Of a stretch of 64,000 bases of DNA, positions 36,479 through 46,414 are shown one piece after another. The notes under the pieces were generated by a model. The model searched no databases. It was given only the letters and a program-made list of their open reading frames with translations, and was not told where the DNA came from. The first letter of the stretch is position 1. Each line of letters opens with the position of its first letter. The DNA is from Clostridia bacterium (lineage in GTDB: Bacteria > Bacillota > Clostridia > Oscillospirales > CAG-272). The stretch is from contig JAFTSB010000024.1 of the NCBI GenBank assembly GCA_017461945.1, positions 56,592 through 120,591 on the forward strand. The letters are read 5' to 3'. A program made the translations under genes and the position numbers.

Positions 36479-38875
36479 TTATTCTGTAGGCTGTTTGTGA
36501 ATAACCACACCACCGTTGGTGGCGAAAACAGCTTCAATTTCTTTGTTTCCAACAAGGTCAAAGAGCGCGGTATAATCGTTTTCGCTACCCTTAATGATCA
36601 TTGTCGTATTATAGGTATCCGCCACAAGAATTGTCTTTACGGATGCTACATTATAGGCAAGCTCGTAGTTCACGCGATAGTACCAGACCTTATGATTTGC
36701 GTTAGAAATACGATCGGCATAAGCACTAAAGCGCGTGGGCCACCACAGTACAGAAGGCGAAATGATGCGATACAGCTCAATCTCAACACCTGCGTGACCG
36801 TGATGTGCCACCTGCACATGCTCGGCCTGCAACAAAGCGGTATTTCCATACATAGAACGAAGACGGCGGCTGACAATACGCTCAGCATCGCCCAGCCAAA
36901 TGCAGGTAGAGACGGCCTCGTCCTCTGCACCGGCCAAAGCTGTCATCGTGGTACGCACAACAGAGGTGCTGTTATTGAAATATTCCAGGCCCTTGGGATA
37001 GGCATCCTCGTGCGTATAGAGAACCTCCATCTTCATGTTGGCAAAATAGAAGACCTGACCCGTGTGGATCTTAATGATGTCCAGTCCATCCTTCACCTGG
37101 CTTTTCAGCGTATCAAAATTGTCACGCACCGTGCTCTCGGGGTTGTGGCAGTTATACTGCTGGCTGGCAGAGGTCGTATTGAACAACAATCTTTCAAACT
37201 TTAACGCTTTATCTTGACCATAGCCTTTAACAAACTCTCGGAAGGTGCCAAAATGATCCTGATGTTCGTGGGTCATGACCCAGGCGCGAATATGAATGGG
37301 ATCGCCGCTGCTGGGATCTGCATTGTTGTGCGTCTTGCGATACAGCTCGGTCAACATCTGCCAAAGCTCCTTGGCGCTATTGGCGAATTTGTAACCACCA
37401 TCAAACAGCACAAAGCTGCCGTCAGCCAGAGTGACGATATATGACATACCGCCGTCGCTGGCGCCATCAAGGCTGCTCTGCGTGATCATGGGAGAGGTTC
37501 TCCACGTATATTCCTGATTGGGATTCAGCATTTCGGCATCGGGCAATGTCACATATTCCGTAGAGGAAGCAATCACACGAATGCTTTTCAGCGAATCCTT
37601 GACCTCCTGCTCTTTGGCGTGGGTGTATGCGGCATAATACACGTGCAAGGTCACACCGGTTTCTTCATTGAAATAGGTGCGGAAAGCACTTCCCTCCCAC
37701 TGGGTTTCGGCTGCAATGGTCTTAAATCCGGCAGCTTCCAACGCATCGCAATAAGAGGTATAAGCCCCCATCGTCACGCCGTCGCCGGTATAAACATACT
37801 CCACGGAATGATCGCTGACATCCACCGTGCCATTCAAAGAGATATCCGCCCCCTCGGGCTTGGGAAAATCCACACTCCAACCGTTGTTCAAGGTCTCCTT
37901 CAAGCAGCAGTTGGCCGGGATCAGCAGGGTTTCGTTCCCTGCCTCATCTGTAATAACCGAACCGGCAAACATATCCTCAAAGGCAGCATATGCACTTTTC
38001 AGCATTTCATCATTCCATGCGGCAACCAAAATATTGCCGTCACGAATGGCAACTGCATAGTCGTTGACATTCATCTGCGCCAGCTCTTGCTTCATCAGCT
38101 CACGATCCATATTGCCGATCATGACCTCTTTTCCGGTGGCTTCGGTGGTATCTTCCACATAGGGGAAGGTAGAGGCCTTCGCGCCAGACTTTTCGGCCAG
38201 CATATCGCGGGTCTGCACGCATAGATCGTAAATATAGTCGGTTGCATTGCCGCCCTTGGTGGGATTGGCGTCGCTGGCGTAATGCACGGTGTTGACGGTG
38301 TCATCCACCAAATGGCTATACACAACGTGGTACTGTCCAACCGAATCAGCGGCCAGCGCAATGGTTTCCATATCCGAAACAACGACCTTTTGGTTTAAGG
38401 TCATAACCGAGCCTTTTACCGCTTCACTCTTGACATAATTCTGTACAAAGTAGGCCAACGCCACACGGGTAAGGAACGGCGTTGTTCCTACGATTACAAT
38501 CTTATTGTCAAAGGCGCGAACGGTCCAACCCAAAGCGCCGGTTTCCTTCAATGCTTTTTCGGTCTCTTTTCTGGCAGTTTGGCCAATAAGGATCTCCAGG
38601 TCCTCGGTCTCCATTACCTCGTCCGCATCGTCTCCTTGAGGGCGGAAGGTCACATTAGTAAGAGCCTTGAGCTGATTGGCCAGTTCAATTGCTTGCTGCT
38701 TGCCACTGTTCGTCAGCTCAGCGCTGTAAACAATGGTATAATCGGCCAAATCTACTTCTACCGTTTTCTTGCTGACCACGATCTCGCCATCCTCGCTCTT
38801 TGAGCATGAAGCCAAAAGCGTAACGGTGGATAGCACCATGACCAAAGTTAAGACGATACAAATGATTCTTTTCAT
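36479..38875 (-). CDS. lipoprotein with ComEC-type MBL-fold domain, paralogue B (798 aa)
   Basis: MKRIICIVLTLVMVLSTVTLLASC. THEHQDH, YTHED, WLGDAER, VAHHGH. Only 5 nt after the stop of paralogue C. Confidence 0.88.
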   Translation of the reverse strand: MKRIICIVLTLVMVLSTVTLLASCSKSEDGEIVVSKKTVEVDLADYTIVYSAELTNSGKQQAIELANQLKALTNVTFRPQGDDADEVMETEDLEILIGQTARKETEKALKETGALGWTVRAFDNKIVIVGTTPFLTRVALAYFVQNYVKSEAVKGSVMTLNQKVVVSDMETIALAADSVGQYHVVYSHLVDDTVNTVHYASDANPTKGGNATDYIYDLCVQTRDMLAEKSGAKASTFPYVEDTTEATGKEVMIGNMDRELMKQELAQMNVNDYAVAIRDGNILVAAWNDEMLKSAYAAFEDMFAGSVITDEAGNETLLIPANCCLKETLNNGWSVDFPKPEGADISLNGTVDVSDHSVEYVYTGDGVTMGAYTSYCDALEAAGFKTIAAETQWEGSAFRTYFNEETGVTLHVYYAAYTHAKEQEVKDSLKSIRVIASSTEYVTLPDAEMLNPNQEYTWRTSPMITQSSLDGASDGGMSYIVTLADGSFVLFDGGYKFANSAKELWQMLTELYRKTHNNADPSSGDPIHIRAWVMTHEHQDHFGTFREFVKGYGQDKALKFERLLFNTTSASQQYNCHNPESTVRDNFDTLKSQVKDGLDIIKIHTGQVFYFANMKMEVLYTHEDAYPKGLEYFNNSTSVVRTTMTALAGAEDEAVSTCIWLGDAERIVSRRLRSMYGNTALLQAEHVQVAHHGHAGVEIELYRIISPSVLWWPTRFSAYADRISNANHKVWYYRVNYELAYNVASVKTILVADTYNTTMIIKGSENDYTALFDLVGNKEIEAVFATNGGVVIHKQPTE

Positions 38876-38880
38876 TGCGT

Positions 38881-41250
38881 TTATTCCTCCCTCATATCAA
38901 TCACAGCAATATTATCCGGAACGATAGCGTTTCCGCTCTTTGCATCGTAGAGGTTTTGCCCACTATAATCCAATCCCTTCGCGGTGATCACCAACGTGGT
39001 ATTATACGAGTCAGACATAATCACCAGATCCACATTGGGATTGTGTGTTGCTGCATAGTTGGCCTGCTGGATCCAGCTGCCGTTGGGTTTATTAAAGGCA
39101 TCTGAGGCAAAATCTTCTTTTTTGGTGGGCACCCATACAACACGAGCGTCAATCAGGTTATAAAGCCGCGCTTCTGCGCCGTTGTAGCCGTGATGCGCAA
39201 CCTGTACCATATCGGATTTCATAAAATCGCCGTACATAGCGCGCATTCTGCGGCTGCCTACGCGCTCTACGTCACCAAGCCATACGCATCCGCTTTCATA
39301 AGTCTCACCGCTCTCTTTATCGGTCTCAACCAAAACGGTGCGAATCACGGAGGTGCTGTTGTTAAAGGTTCCGATCTTGGTGGGATAGGTATCCTCATGG
39401 GTGTAGAGAACCTCCAGCCGACAATTGGCCATATAGAGCACCTGACCGGTGTGCACCTTGAGATATTTAAAGCCATTTTTAACCTTGGATTGCAGACTCT
39501 TAACATCCTTCCATACTGCCACAGAAGGATTATTGGTGTTATAGCGTTCACTTTCGGAGGTGGTATTCATCAGCAGATAGTCAAACTGAAAATCAGTGCG
39601 ATGACCATAGGTGTTGATAAACTTCTTGAACACATTGTAATGGTCATAATGCTCGTGAGTCATGATCCAACCTCTGATGTGCAAGGGCTTGTTATCGCTG
39701 GGCGTAGCGCCGGGGCCGTGTGCATCCTCATAAAGCTTGCACAGCACGTTCCACAGATTGGTCTGGTCGTCACTCAAATTACCAACACCGCCGTCAATGA
39801 CGATAAAGGTGCCATCCACCAGGGTGACGATACAAGCAAGGCCCCAGTTGTCCTTTGTGTGCTCGATATCCAGCTGAGTCACCTTGGATTGCGTAATCAC
39901 CTGATAATCGTTTTGGGGCGAAAGAATGGAAGCGTCGGGGACGGTAACGTTTTTGGTAGAAGCTGCAACAATCCGCAGACTGTTCAAAACATCCTTTACC
40001 CCCTGCTTTTTCGCATACTTATAGGCTGCGTGGTATACGTGAAGTACAACATCCGTTTCCTCGTTGATATAAGTGCGGAAACTGCTTCCTTCCCATTGCG
40101 TCTCGGCAGCCAATGCGCGATATCCGGCATTTTCAAGCTTGGTGCAATAAGCCACAAAAGAATCGCGGTTGACACCGTCGCCGGCATAAATGTATTCGAT
40201 AGAGTTATCGCCTACATCCACCATGCCGTCCAGAGCAATGCCCTCCCCTTCAGGCTTCGGAAAATCCACTACCCACTCCACGGCCATAGTACCCTTCACC
40301 GTGCAGTTCATGGGAATCAGGCAAACCGAATTGCCATTCTCGTCTTCCTCGACACAGGAATTCATCATATCTTCAAAAATGGGATAGGTCAAGGGGAGAG
40401 TCGCATCGCTCCACGCAGCCAGCATAATTTTGCCGTCACGCACGCTGACAGCATACTGATCACCGTTGAGCTTATACAGCTCCTCCTTCATTTCAGGGCG
40501 ACTCATATTGCCAACCAACACCTCTTCAGCAACGCCATCGGCAGAATCAACCTTGCCCTTAAAAGTGTTTTCGCGCGCACCTGTTACCTTAGACATCAGC
40601 GTACGAACCTCGCAGCTCAGGTCATAAGCATAATCCGTTGAAGCACCGGAGCTGACCTGGCCCGGAGTGGTATCCAGATCCTCGTCGATAACGATCGAAT
40701 AGGTACCCGCTCCCTCCCCGTCCACCAAGGCCGTCATAGGCATATTGGAAAGCACAACCTTTTTGTTAACGGTCAAAGGGGTAGGCGTAGTTGCTTTGGA
40801 GGTCAGATACATATCTGCAAACCAACAAAGAGCGACACGAGTCAAAAAGCTGTTGGTCCCCACAATAACCAGCTTATTATCAAACACGCGCACGGCCCAA
40901 CCGTGTCCGTCAATATCTCTTAGTGTTTGGACAGTTTCCTTTCGATTGGTCTGTCCAACCAGGATTTCAAGATCCTCGGTTTTCACAGGTTCGGTTTCGA
41001 GATCCTCCTCCGAGCGCAGGCCAACGGTCGTGGCGGTCTTCAGTTCTTTGGAAAAATCGATCACGTGTTGTTTTGCCAGAGCGGAAAGGTTTGCATCGTA
41101 AACGATCTTATACTCTGCAAGATCAATGGTTGCTGTTTTCTCGCTGACTACGGGCGTATTCGGATCGTCGCTTTTTTTGCAAGAAGAAAGAAGCGCTACC
41201 ACAGAAAGCAGCATAACTGCACACAGAGCTAATGCAAGAATCCGTTTCAT
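38881..41250 (-). CDS. lipoprotein with ComEC-type MBL-fold domain, paralogue C (789 aa)
   Basis: MKRILALALCAVMLLSVVALLSSC. THEHYDH, YTHED, WLGDVER, VAHHGY. Confidence 0.88.
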   Translation of the reverse strand: MKRILALALCAVMLLSVVALLSSCKKSDDPNTPVVSEKTATIDLAEYKIVYDANLSALAKQHVIDFSKELKTATTVGLRSEEDLETEPVKTEDLEILVGQTNRKETVQTLRDIDGHGWAVRVFDNKLVIVGTNSFLTRVALCWFADMYLTSKATTPTPLTVNKKVVLSNMPMTALVDGEGAGTYSIVIDEDLDTTPGQVSSGASTDYAYDLSCEVRTLMSKVTGARENTFKGKVDSADGVAEEVLVGNMSRPEMKEELYKLNGDQYAVSVRDGKIMLAAWSDATLPLTYPIFEDMMNSCVEEDENGNSVCLIPMNCTVKGTMAVEWVVDFPKPEGEGIALDGMVDVGDNSIEYIYAGDGVNRDSFVAYCTKLENAGYRALAAETQWEGSSFRTYINEETDVVLHVYHAAYKYAKKQGVKDVLNSLRIVAASTKNVTVPDASILSPQNDYQVITQSKVTQLDIEHTKDNWGLACIVTLVDGTFIVIDGGVGNLSDDQTNLWNVLCKLYEDAHGPGATPSDNKPLHIRGWIMTHEHYDHYNVFKKFINTYGHRTDFQFDYLLMNTTSESERYNTNNPSVAVWKDVKSLQSKVKNGFKYLKVHTGQVLYMANCRLEVLYTHEDTYPTKIGTFNNSTSVIRTVLVETDKESGETYESGCVWLGDVERVGSRRMRAMYGDFMKSDMVQVAHHGYNGAEARLYNLIDARVVWVPTKKEDFASDAFNKPNGSWIQQANYAATHNPNVDLVIMSDSYNTTLVITAKGLDYSGQNLYDAKSGNAIVPDNIAVIDMREE

Positions 41251-41293
41251 AACAAATCTCCTTCAAAGGATTAACTTTTAAAAAGTTAATCTC

Positions 41294-41322
41294 ATTTTAT
41301 CACCATTCCGCCTCTTTGTCAA
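41294..41322 (-). promoter_or_regulatory. promoter TTGACA-17-TAAAAT for the C-B pair
   Basis: Minus strand: TTGACA 41322-41317, 17-nt spacer, TAAAAT 41299-41294. Confidence 0.6.
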
Positions 41323-41378
41323 TGTAAACCAAAACAAACGAAATGAAAATTTGAAATTTGTTCATTTTTACAGCACAT

Positions 41379-41410
41379 AAAAAGAACTCCCGTGCTTTCA
41401 CGGGAGTTCT
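41379..41410 (-). terminator. terminator after paralogue D
   Basis: AGAACTCCCGTG-cttt-CACGGGAGTTCT preceded by AAAAA on the plus strand. Confidence 0.7.
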
Positions 41411-41420
41411 TGAAGAAAGA

Positions 41421-43838
41421 TCAGTCGCGCTGATCAATGATGCCGTTGAGATTATTCTGGAAGGTCTCCTCCGGAATGGGGAGACCGGTCTTGGCATCAA
41501 ACATATTCTTATAATCGGCTTCACGGCCGGCTTCGGTGATATACATCGTCTGGGTCGCCTTATCGGACATAATCACGATTTCGGCAGAAGCACTGTTGCA
41601 GGCAGTCCAGCTGGCCTTGTTGTACCAAGCGCCGCCGGGAGCCTGTGCGGGAGCGCCCTGCGAATTAAATCTGCCGGAATCGCTGGGGAACCAAACGACC
41701 TCTGCCTGAATCAGCTCATACAAAGCAGCTTCGCAGCCGTTGCCACCGTGGTGAGCGACCTGTACCATTTCGCTATCCAAGGTAGGACCATACATAGCGC
41801 GCAGTCTACGGCTACCATTACGCTCCATATCGCCAAGCCAGATGCAGGTAGACTCGCGAGAGCCGGAGGTGATGGTGGTGCGTACCACGGTACCGCTGTT
41901 ATTGAAGTACTCTACATGCTTGGGATACAGATCCTCATGAGTATAAAGCACTTCCATTTTCAAGTTGGCAAAGTAGAATACTTGACCGGTGTGAGCCTTG
42001 ATGTAGTTAAAGCCACCGTTGACCCACCCCTTCATTGTAGAAAAGTTGGTTTGTACAGCAGTTTCGGGGTTGTTGGAGTTAATGCGTTCGCTTGCAGAAA
42101 TTGCATTAAAGACCAGATAGTCCATTTTGAAATTCTGCTTGCCATAGGTCTGCAAGAACTTCTTAAAGACCGTAAAGTGGTCGGAATGCTCGTGCGTCAA
42201 CACCCAAGCGCGCACACGAATGGGATCGGAGGAGCTGGGAACGGTAGGCAGATTAGCCGCTGCACGGGTCTTTTTGTATAGATTATTCAAAACGCTCCAC
42301 AAATAGCTGCAGTCGTCGGTATAACCACGGCCAATACCACCGTCAAAGATCACAAAGCTACCGTCTTCAAGCGTGATGACATAAGACAGACCCCAGCTAT
42401 AAAGATTTTCGGGGTCGGGCGTGTTTTTGTAATCATGCTTCAAGGAGGTGATCATAGAATCGGTAATTTTGGTCCATGCGCCTTCCGTCAGGATCTCCTT
42501 GCCGGGCAACGAGGATTCGTTGTTTTCCAAATTGGTAGAAATGATACGAATGCTGGGCAGTACATCGGTGATCTTCTGCTCGGCTGCATACTGATAGGCA
42601 GAATGATACACATACAAGGAAATGTTGTCGTCCGCATCTACATATTGACGGAAGCTGCTCTCGCCCCAAACGGTCTCAGTGCCGTAAAGAGTATAGCCTG
42701 CATCCTCCAACGTATCACAATATGCCTCGAAAGAAGCATCGTTTACACCTTCGCCGGAGTAAATGTATTCGATGGAGTTGTCGTTTACATCCACCGTTCC
42801 TTCCAGTCGGATATCTGCACCCTCAGGCTTGGGGAAATCGATAAACCAATTATTGCTTACAGATTCCTTTACAAAGCAATTAGCGGGAATGGCATAGCTA
42901 TCATTTCCCTCGTCATCTGTAATTACAGAACCTTTGAACATATCCTGGAACAATGCGTATGCGGCGGGGAGAGTGGCCTCGTTCCATGCCAAAAGCATAA
43001 TCTTACCATTGCGAACGGCAACAGCATACTCTTTTACATTTAAGGTCTCAAGTTCTGCGCGGTACTCCTCGCGCTCCATATTGCCGACAAGTACTTCGTA
43101 GTCGGATTTTTCCACAGATGCCTTCTTGTAAAGTACCTTGGCACCAATTGCTTTTCTTAAATCGCCTTGTACGCTTGCGGCGATATTATAGATCTCATCG
43201 GTAGACATGCCACCGGTAGGATTGGAGTTGGTAGCATATTCCTGTGTCTCGACCGTGTCATCCACCGAGTCATCGTAAACAACGGAATACAAGGAATTGC
43301 CCTCTTCGTCGGCCAGGGTGGTGATCATTTCCATCTTGGAAAGAACAACCTTTTGATTTACCGACATCACCGTTTTTTCGATGGCGGCATCCTGTACGTA
43401 ATGCTCCACAAAATAGGACAGTGCCACAGCAGTCAAAAAGGGTGTGGTACCGACAATGACGATCTTATTGTCAAACACACGAATGGCCCAACCGTGATCC
43501 TTGATACCGGAAAGGGTCTTAGTGGTCTCAGTACGCATGGTCTGACCAACCAGAATTTCCAGATCCTCGGTCTCAACCTCTTCACTTTCGACGTCGCGCT
43601 GAACGCGCACATTGGCACCGGTCAACGTACGTAGGGTGGCAGACATATTGTTCACCTGCCCCAACGCTACGTTAGTAAGCTCACTGGAGGTCACAATCGA
43701 ATACCCAGTCAGATCTACCTCAGCAATCTTCTTATCAACCTTGGGCTCAGTCCCCCCTCCCTTGGAGCAGGAAGAAAGAATGCCTACAGCAGAAACGATC
43801 ATGACAAGGCAAAGTAAAAGACTAACGATTCTTTTCAT
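41421..43838 (-). CDS. lipoprotein with ComEC-type MBL-fold domain, paralogue D (805 aa)
   Basis: MKRIVSLLLCLVMIVSAVGILSSC. THEHSDH, YTHED, WLGDMER, VAHHGG. Confidence 0.88.
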   Translation of the reverse strand: MKRIVSLLLCLVMIVSAVGILSSCSKGGGTEPKVDKKIAEVDLTGYSIVTSSELTNVALGQVNNMSATLRTLTGANVRVQRDVESEEVETEDLEILVGQTMRTETTKTLSGIKDHGWAIRVFDNKIVIVGTTPFLTAVALSYFVEHYVQDAAIEKTVMSVNQKVVLSKMEMITTLADEEGNSLYSVVYDDSVDDTVETQEYATNSNPTGGMSTDEIYNIAASVQGDLRKAIGAKVLYKKASVEKSDYEVLVGNMEREEYRAELETLNVKEYAVAVRNGKIMLLAWNEATLPAAYALFQDMFKGSVITDDEGNDSYAIPANCFVKESVSNNWFIDFPKPEGADIRLEGTVDVNDNSIEYIYSGEGVNDASFEAYCDTLEDAGYTLYGTETVWGESSFRQYVDADDNISLYVYHSAYQYAAEQKITDVLPSIRIISTNLENNESSLPGKEILTEGAWTKITDSMITSLKHDYKNTPDPENLYSWGLSYVITLEDGSFVIFDGGIGRGYTDDCSYLWSVLNNLYKKTRAAANLPTVPSSSDPIRVRAWVLTHEHSDHFTVFKKFLQTYGKQNFKMDYLVFNAISASERINSNNPETAVQTNFSTMKGWVNGGFNYIKAHTGQVFYFANLKMEVLYTHEDLYPKHVEYFNNSGTVVRTTITSGSRESTCIWLGDMERNGSRRLRAMYGPTLDSEMVQVAHHGGNGCEAALYELIQAEVVWFPSDSGRFNSQGAPAQAPGGAWYNKASWTACNSASAEIVIMSDKATQTMYITEAGREADYKNMFDAKTGLPIPEETFQNNLNGIIDQRD

Positions 43839-43877
43839 AATCTAACTCCTTTTATAGTTGAATTTATGATCAAGAGA

Positions 43878-46265
43878 TCATCTCTTGTCGATAATGGTGG
43901 TGGCATTGGGGGAAATATCCTCCAAATTATCTGCATTAAAGAGTTTATCAAATGCAAATCCGGTAGCGCTAATGGGTAGCGTGGCATCATAACCATCGGC
44001 CACAAAGATCATTTCTACGCTTTCCATTTCTACACACAAATTGTAATCAACGTGCTTGCGCCAGTCGCTTTTTGCGGTAGGAGCGGTCGCGCACCAGTTC
44101 TTATAGCGGCCTTTATCGGTGGGAAGCCACACGATCTTGGGAGCGATCAAATTGTAAAGCTCTTTTTCCACACCGTTGGATGCGTGATGAGAAACCTGCA
44201 CCATATCGGTTTTCATAAAATCACCGTACATAGCACGCATACGGCTACTACCGATGCGCTCTACATCGCCAAGCCAGACACAACCGGTCTCAAAGCTGTT
44301 CCCCGCTTCATCCTTTTGTGTCAACATTGTGCGGATAACCGATGTGGTATTGTTGAAGTATTCCGTTTTTCTCGGATAAATATCCTCGTGAGTATACAAC
44401 ACCTCAAGCCTTGCATTTGCCAGATAAAACACCTGACCGGTATGTACCTTGATGTATTTAAATCCGCCGGTGACGCTCTTTTGAAGCGTTTCCATATTGT
44501 TATTTACAACCCAACCGGGGTTCGTGGAATTATAGCATTCCGTTTTCGAGGGAGAATTGAAGAACAGGTAATCGAATTTGAATTCCTTATACTTACCGTA
44601 TTTCTTGATGAATTTTGAAAACACACCGTAATGATCACCGTGATCGTGGGTCACGATCCAACCTCTGACATGGATCTGATTGTCAGAGTCGGGCGCTTTG
44701 TTGTGAACTTTTTGGTATAGTTTTTTGAGTAAGTTCCACAAATTATCCTCGTTATCGGACAGACCGCCCTGACCGCCGTCGATGATAATAAAGGTTCCAT
44801 CGGCCAGCGTAATGATTTGACCAAGACCAAAATTGGATTTGTCTCCATACTGATAGTCCAGATCAATGGCGGTGATCATCGTATCCGTAATGGTTGTATA
44901 CGCTTGAGGAGAAAGAATGGTAGCATCGGGAATCGTCACGTGATCGGTAGTCGAGGCCACAATGCGCAAGCTGTTCAATGCATCCTTTACGCCCTGTTCT
45001 TCGGCATGGGTATATGCAGCGTGGTATACGTGCAAGGTCACGCCGGTCTCTTGATTGAGATACGTGCGGAAGCTGCTGCCCTCCCATTGAGTTTCGGCGG
45101 CAATTGCTGCAAACCCTTCGGATTCCAGTTTTTCATAATAGGAAACAAAGGCCTCGCGGTTCACACCGCTACCGCTATAAATATATTCAATGGAGTTGTT
45201 ATTGACATCTACCGTGCCATCCAGCACAATATTTTCGCTCTCCGGCTTCGGGAAATCAAGCACCCAATCATTGACCAGGACTTCTTTTAATGTGCAATTC
45301 GCAGGGATTCGCAGAATACTGTTGCCCTCGCTATCTTCCACGCTACTACCGGCAAGCACATCCTCCAGCAAAGCATACGTACACTCCAGCGTTACATCGT
45401 TCCAAGCAACCAGCATAATCTTGCCGTTTCGCACGCTGACCGCATATTCGTTTGCCTGCAGCTTTTGCATTTCCTCCTTCATTTCGGTGCGATTCATAGT
45501 TCCCACAAGAAGCTCTTGGTCTACACCCTCAGAAGAAGCCAATTTAAACGGAAATGTACGCGCGTTGGCGCCTCCGGTTTTGGCGCACATCAATTCGCGA
45601 ATCTTAACACTCAAATCATAAATGTAATCGGTAGCCTGACCTCCGGTAGGCTTAGAATCAACGGCGTAATTTTTTTCATTGGTTACGGTGTCTACGGAAT
45701 CGTCATAAACAATGGCATATTGCCCTGCTCCGTCAGCATCCACCAAGGAAACTTCCTCCATATTGGCAGAAACCACCTTTTGGTTGACTGTAATAGTTGT
45801 TCCGCTCACGCAATTCGCATTCAAATACGCATCGATGAACCAAGAAAGTGCTACTCTGGTCAAAAAAGGCGTCGTACCCACAATTACGATTTTGGTGTCG
45901 AACACACGGATCGTCCAACCAAAGGAGCCGACATCCTTTAAAGCCTTTTGCGTTTCAGCGCGAGCTGTTTGGCCGATCAGGATCTCGCAATCATCCGTTT
46001 CCAGCACCTCGTCAGCATCATCCATTTGAGGGCGGAAGGTCACGGTGGTCAATTCCTTCAGCGTTGTAACAAAGCTGTTGGCGTGTTGTTTACCTCCGCT
46101 TGTCAGCTCCGTTCCATACACCACCGAATAATTGGCAAGGTCAACCTCAACCGTCTTTTTGCTAACAACAGTGCCGGTTCCGCTTTCTTTTTGGCAAGAA
46201 GCCAAAAGGCACACGGCGGAAAACACCATCGCCAAGCACAAACATAAACCGATAATTCTTTTCAT
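43878..46265 (-). CDS. lipoprotein with ComEC-type MBL-fold domain, paralogue E (795 aa)
   Basis: MKRIIGLCLCLAMVFSAVCLLASC. THDHGDH, YTHED, WLGDVER, VSHHAS. Confidence 0.88.
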   Translation of the reverse strand: MKRIIGLCLCLAMVFSAVCLLASCQKESGTGTVVSKKTVEVDLANYSVVYGTELTSGGKQHANSFVTTLKELTTVTFRPQMDDADEVLETDDCEILIGQTARAETQKALKDVGSFGWTIRVFDTKIVIVGTTPFLTRVALSWFIDAYLNANCVSGTTITVNQKVVSANMEEVSLVDADGAGQYAIVYDDSVDTVTNEKNYAVDSKPTGGQATDYIYDLSVKIRELMCAKTGGANARTFPFKLASSEGVDQELLVGTMNRTEMKEEMQKLQANEYAVSVRNGKIMLVAWNDVTLECTYALLEDVLAGSSVEDSEGNSILRIPANCTLKEVLVNDWVLDFPKPESENIVLDGTVDVNNNSIEYIYSGSGVNREAFVSYYEKLESEGFAAIAAETQWEGSSFRTYLNQETGVTLHVYHAAYTHAEEQGVKDALNSLRIVASTTDHVTIPDATILSPQAYTTITDTMITAIDLDYQYGDKSNFGLGQIITLADGTFIIIDGGQGGLSDNEDNLWNLLKKLYQKVHNKAPDSDNQIHVRGWIVTHDHGDHYGVFSKFIKKYGKYKEFKFDYLFFNSPSKTECYNSTNPGWVVNNNMETLQKSVTGGFKYIKVHTGQVFYLANARLEVLYTHEDIYPRKTEYFNNTTSVIRTMLTQKDEAGNSFETGCVWLGDVERIGSSRMRAMYGDFMKTDMVQVSHHASNGVEKELYNLIAPKIVWLPTDKGRYKNWCATAPTAKSDWRKHVDYNLCVEMESVEMIFVADGYDATLPISATGFAFDKLFNADNLEDISPNATTIIDKR

Positions 46266-46297
46266 GCTGTACTCCTTTTAAAAATATCATCCAACTT

Positions 46298-46326
46298 ATT
46301 TTACCATTTTCTCATCCGCTTGTCAA
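46298..46326 (-). promoter_or_regulatory. promoter TTGACA-17-TAAAAT for the E-D pair
   Basis: Minus strand: TTGACA 46326-46321, 17-nt spacer, TAAAAT 46303-46298. Confidence 0.6.
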
Positions 46327-46381
46327 TGATAAACAACCCAAAAGCTAAGATGTTTTAAATTTTGTTCATATATCATAAGAA

Positions 46382-46409
46382 AAGCGCCGCACCCGAGGGT
46401 GCGGCGCTT
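46382..46409 (-). terminator. terminator after paralogue F
   Basis: AAGCGCCGCACCC-gag-GGTGCGGCGCTT. Confidence 0.65.
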
Positions 46410-46414
46410 GGGGT

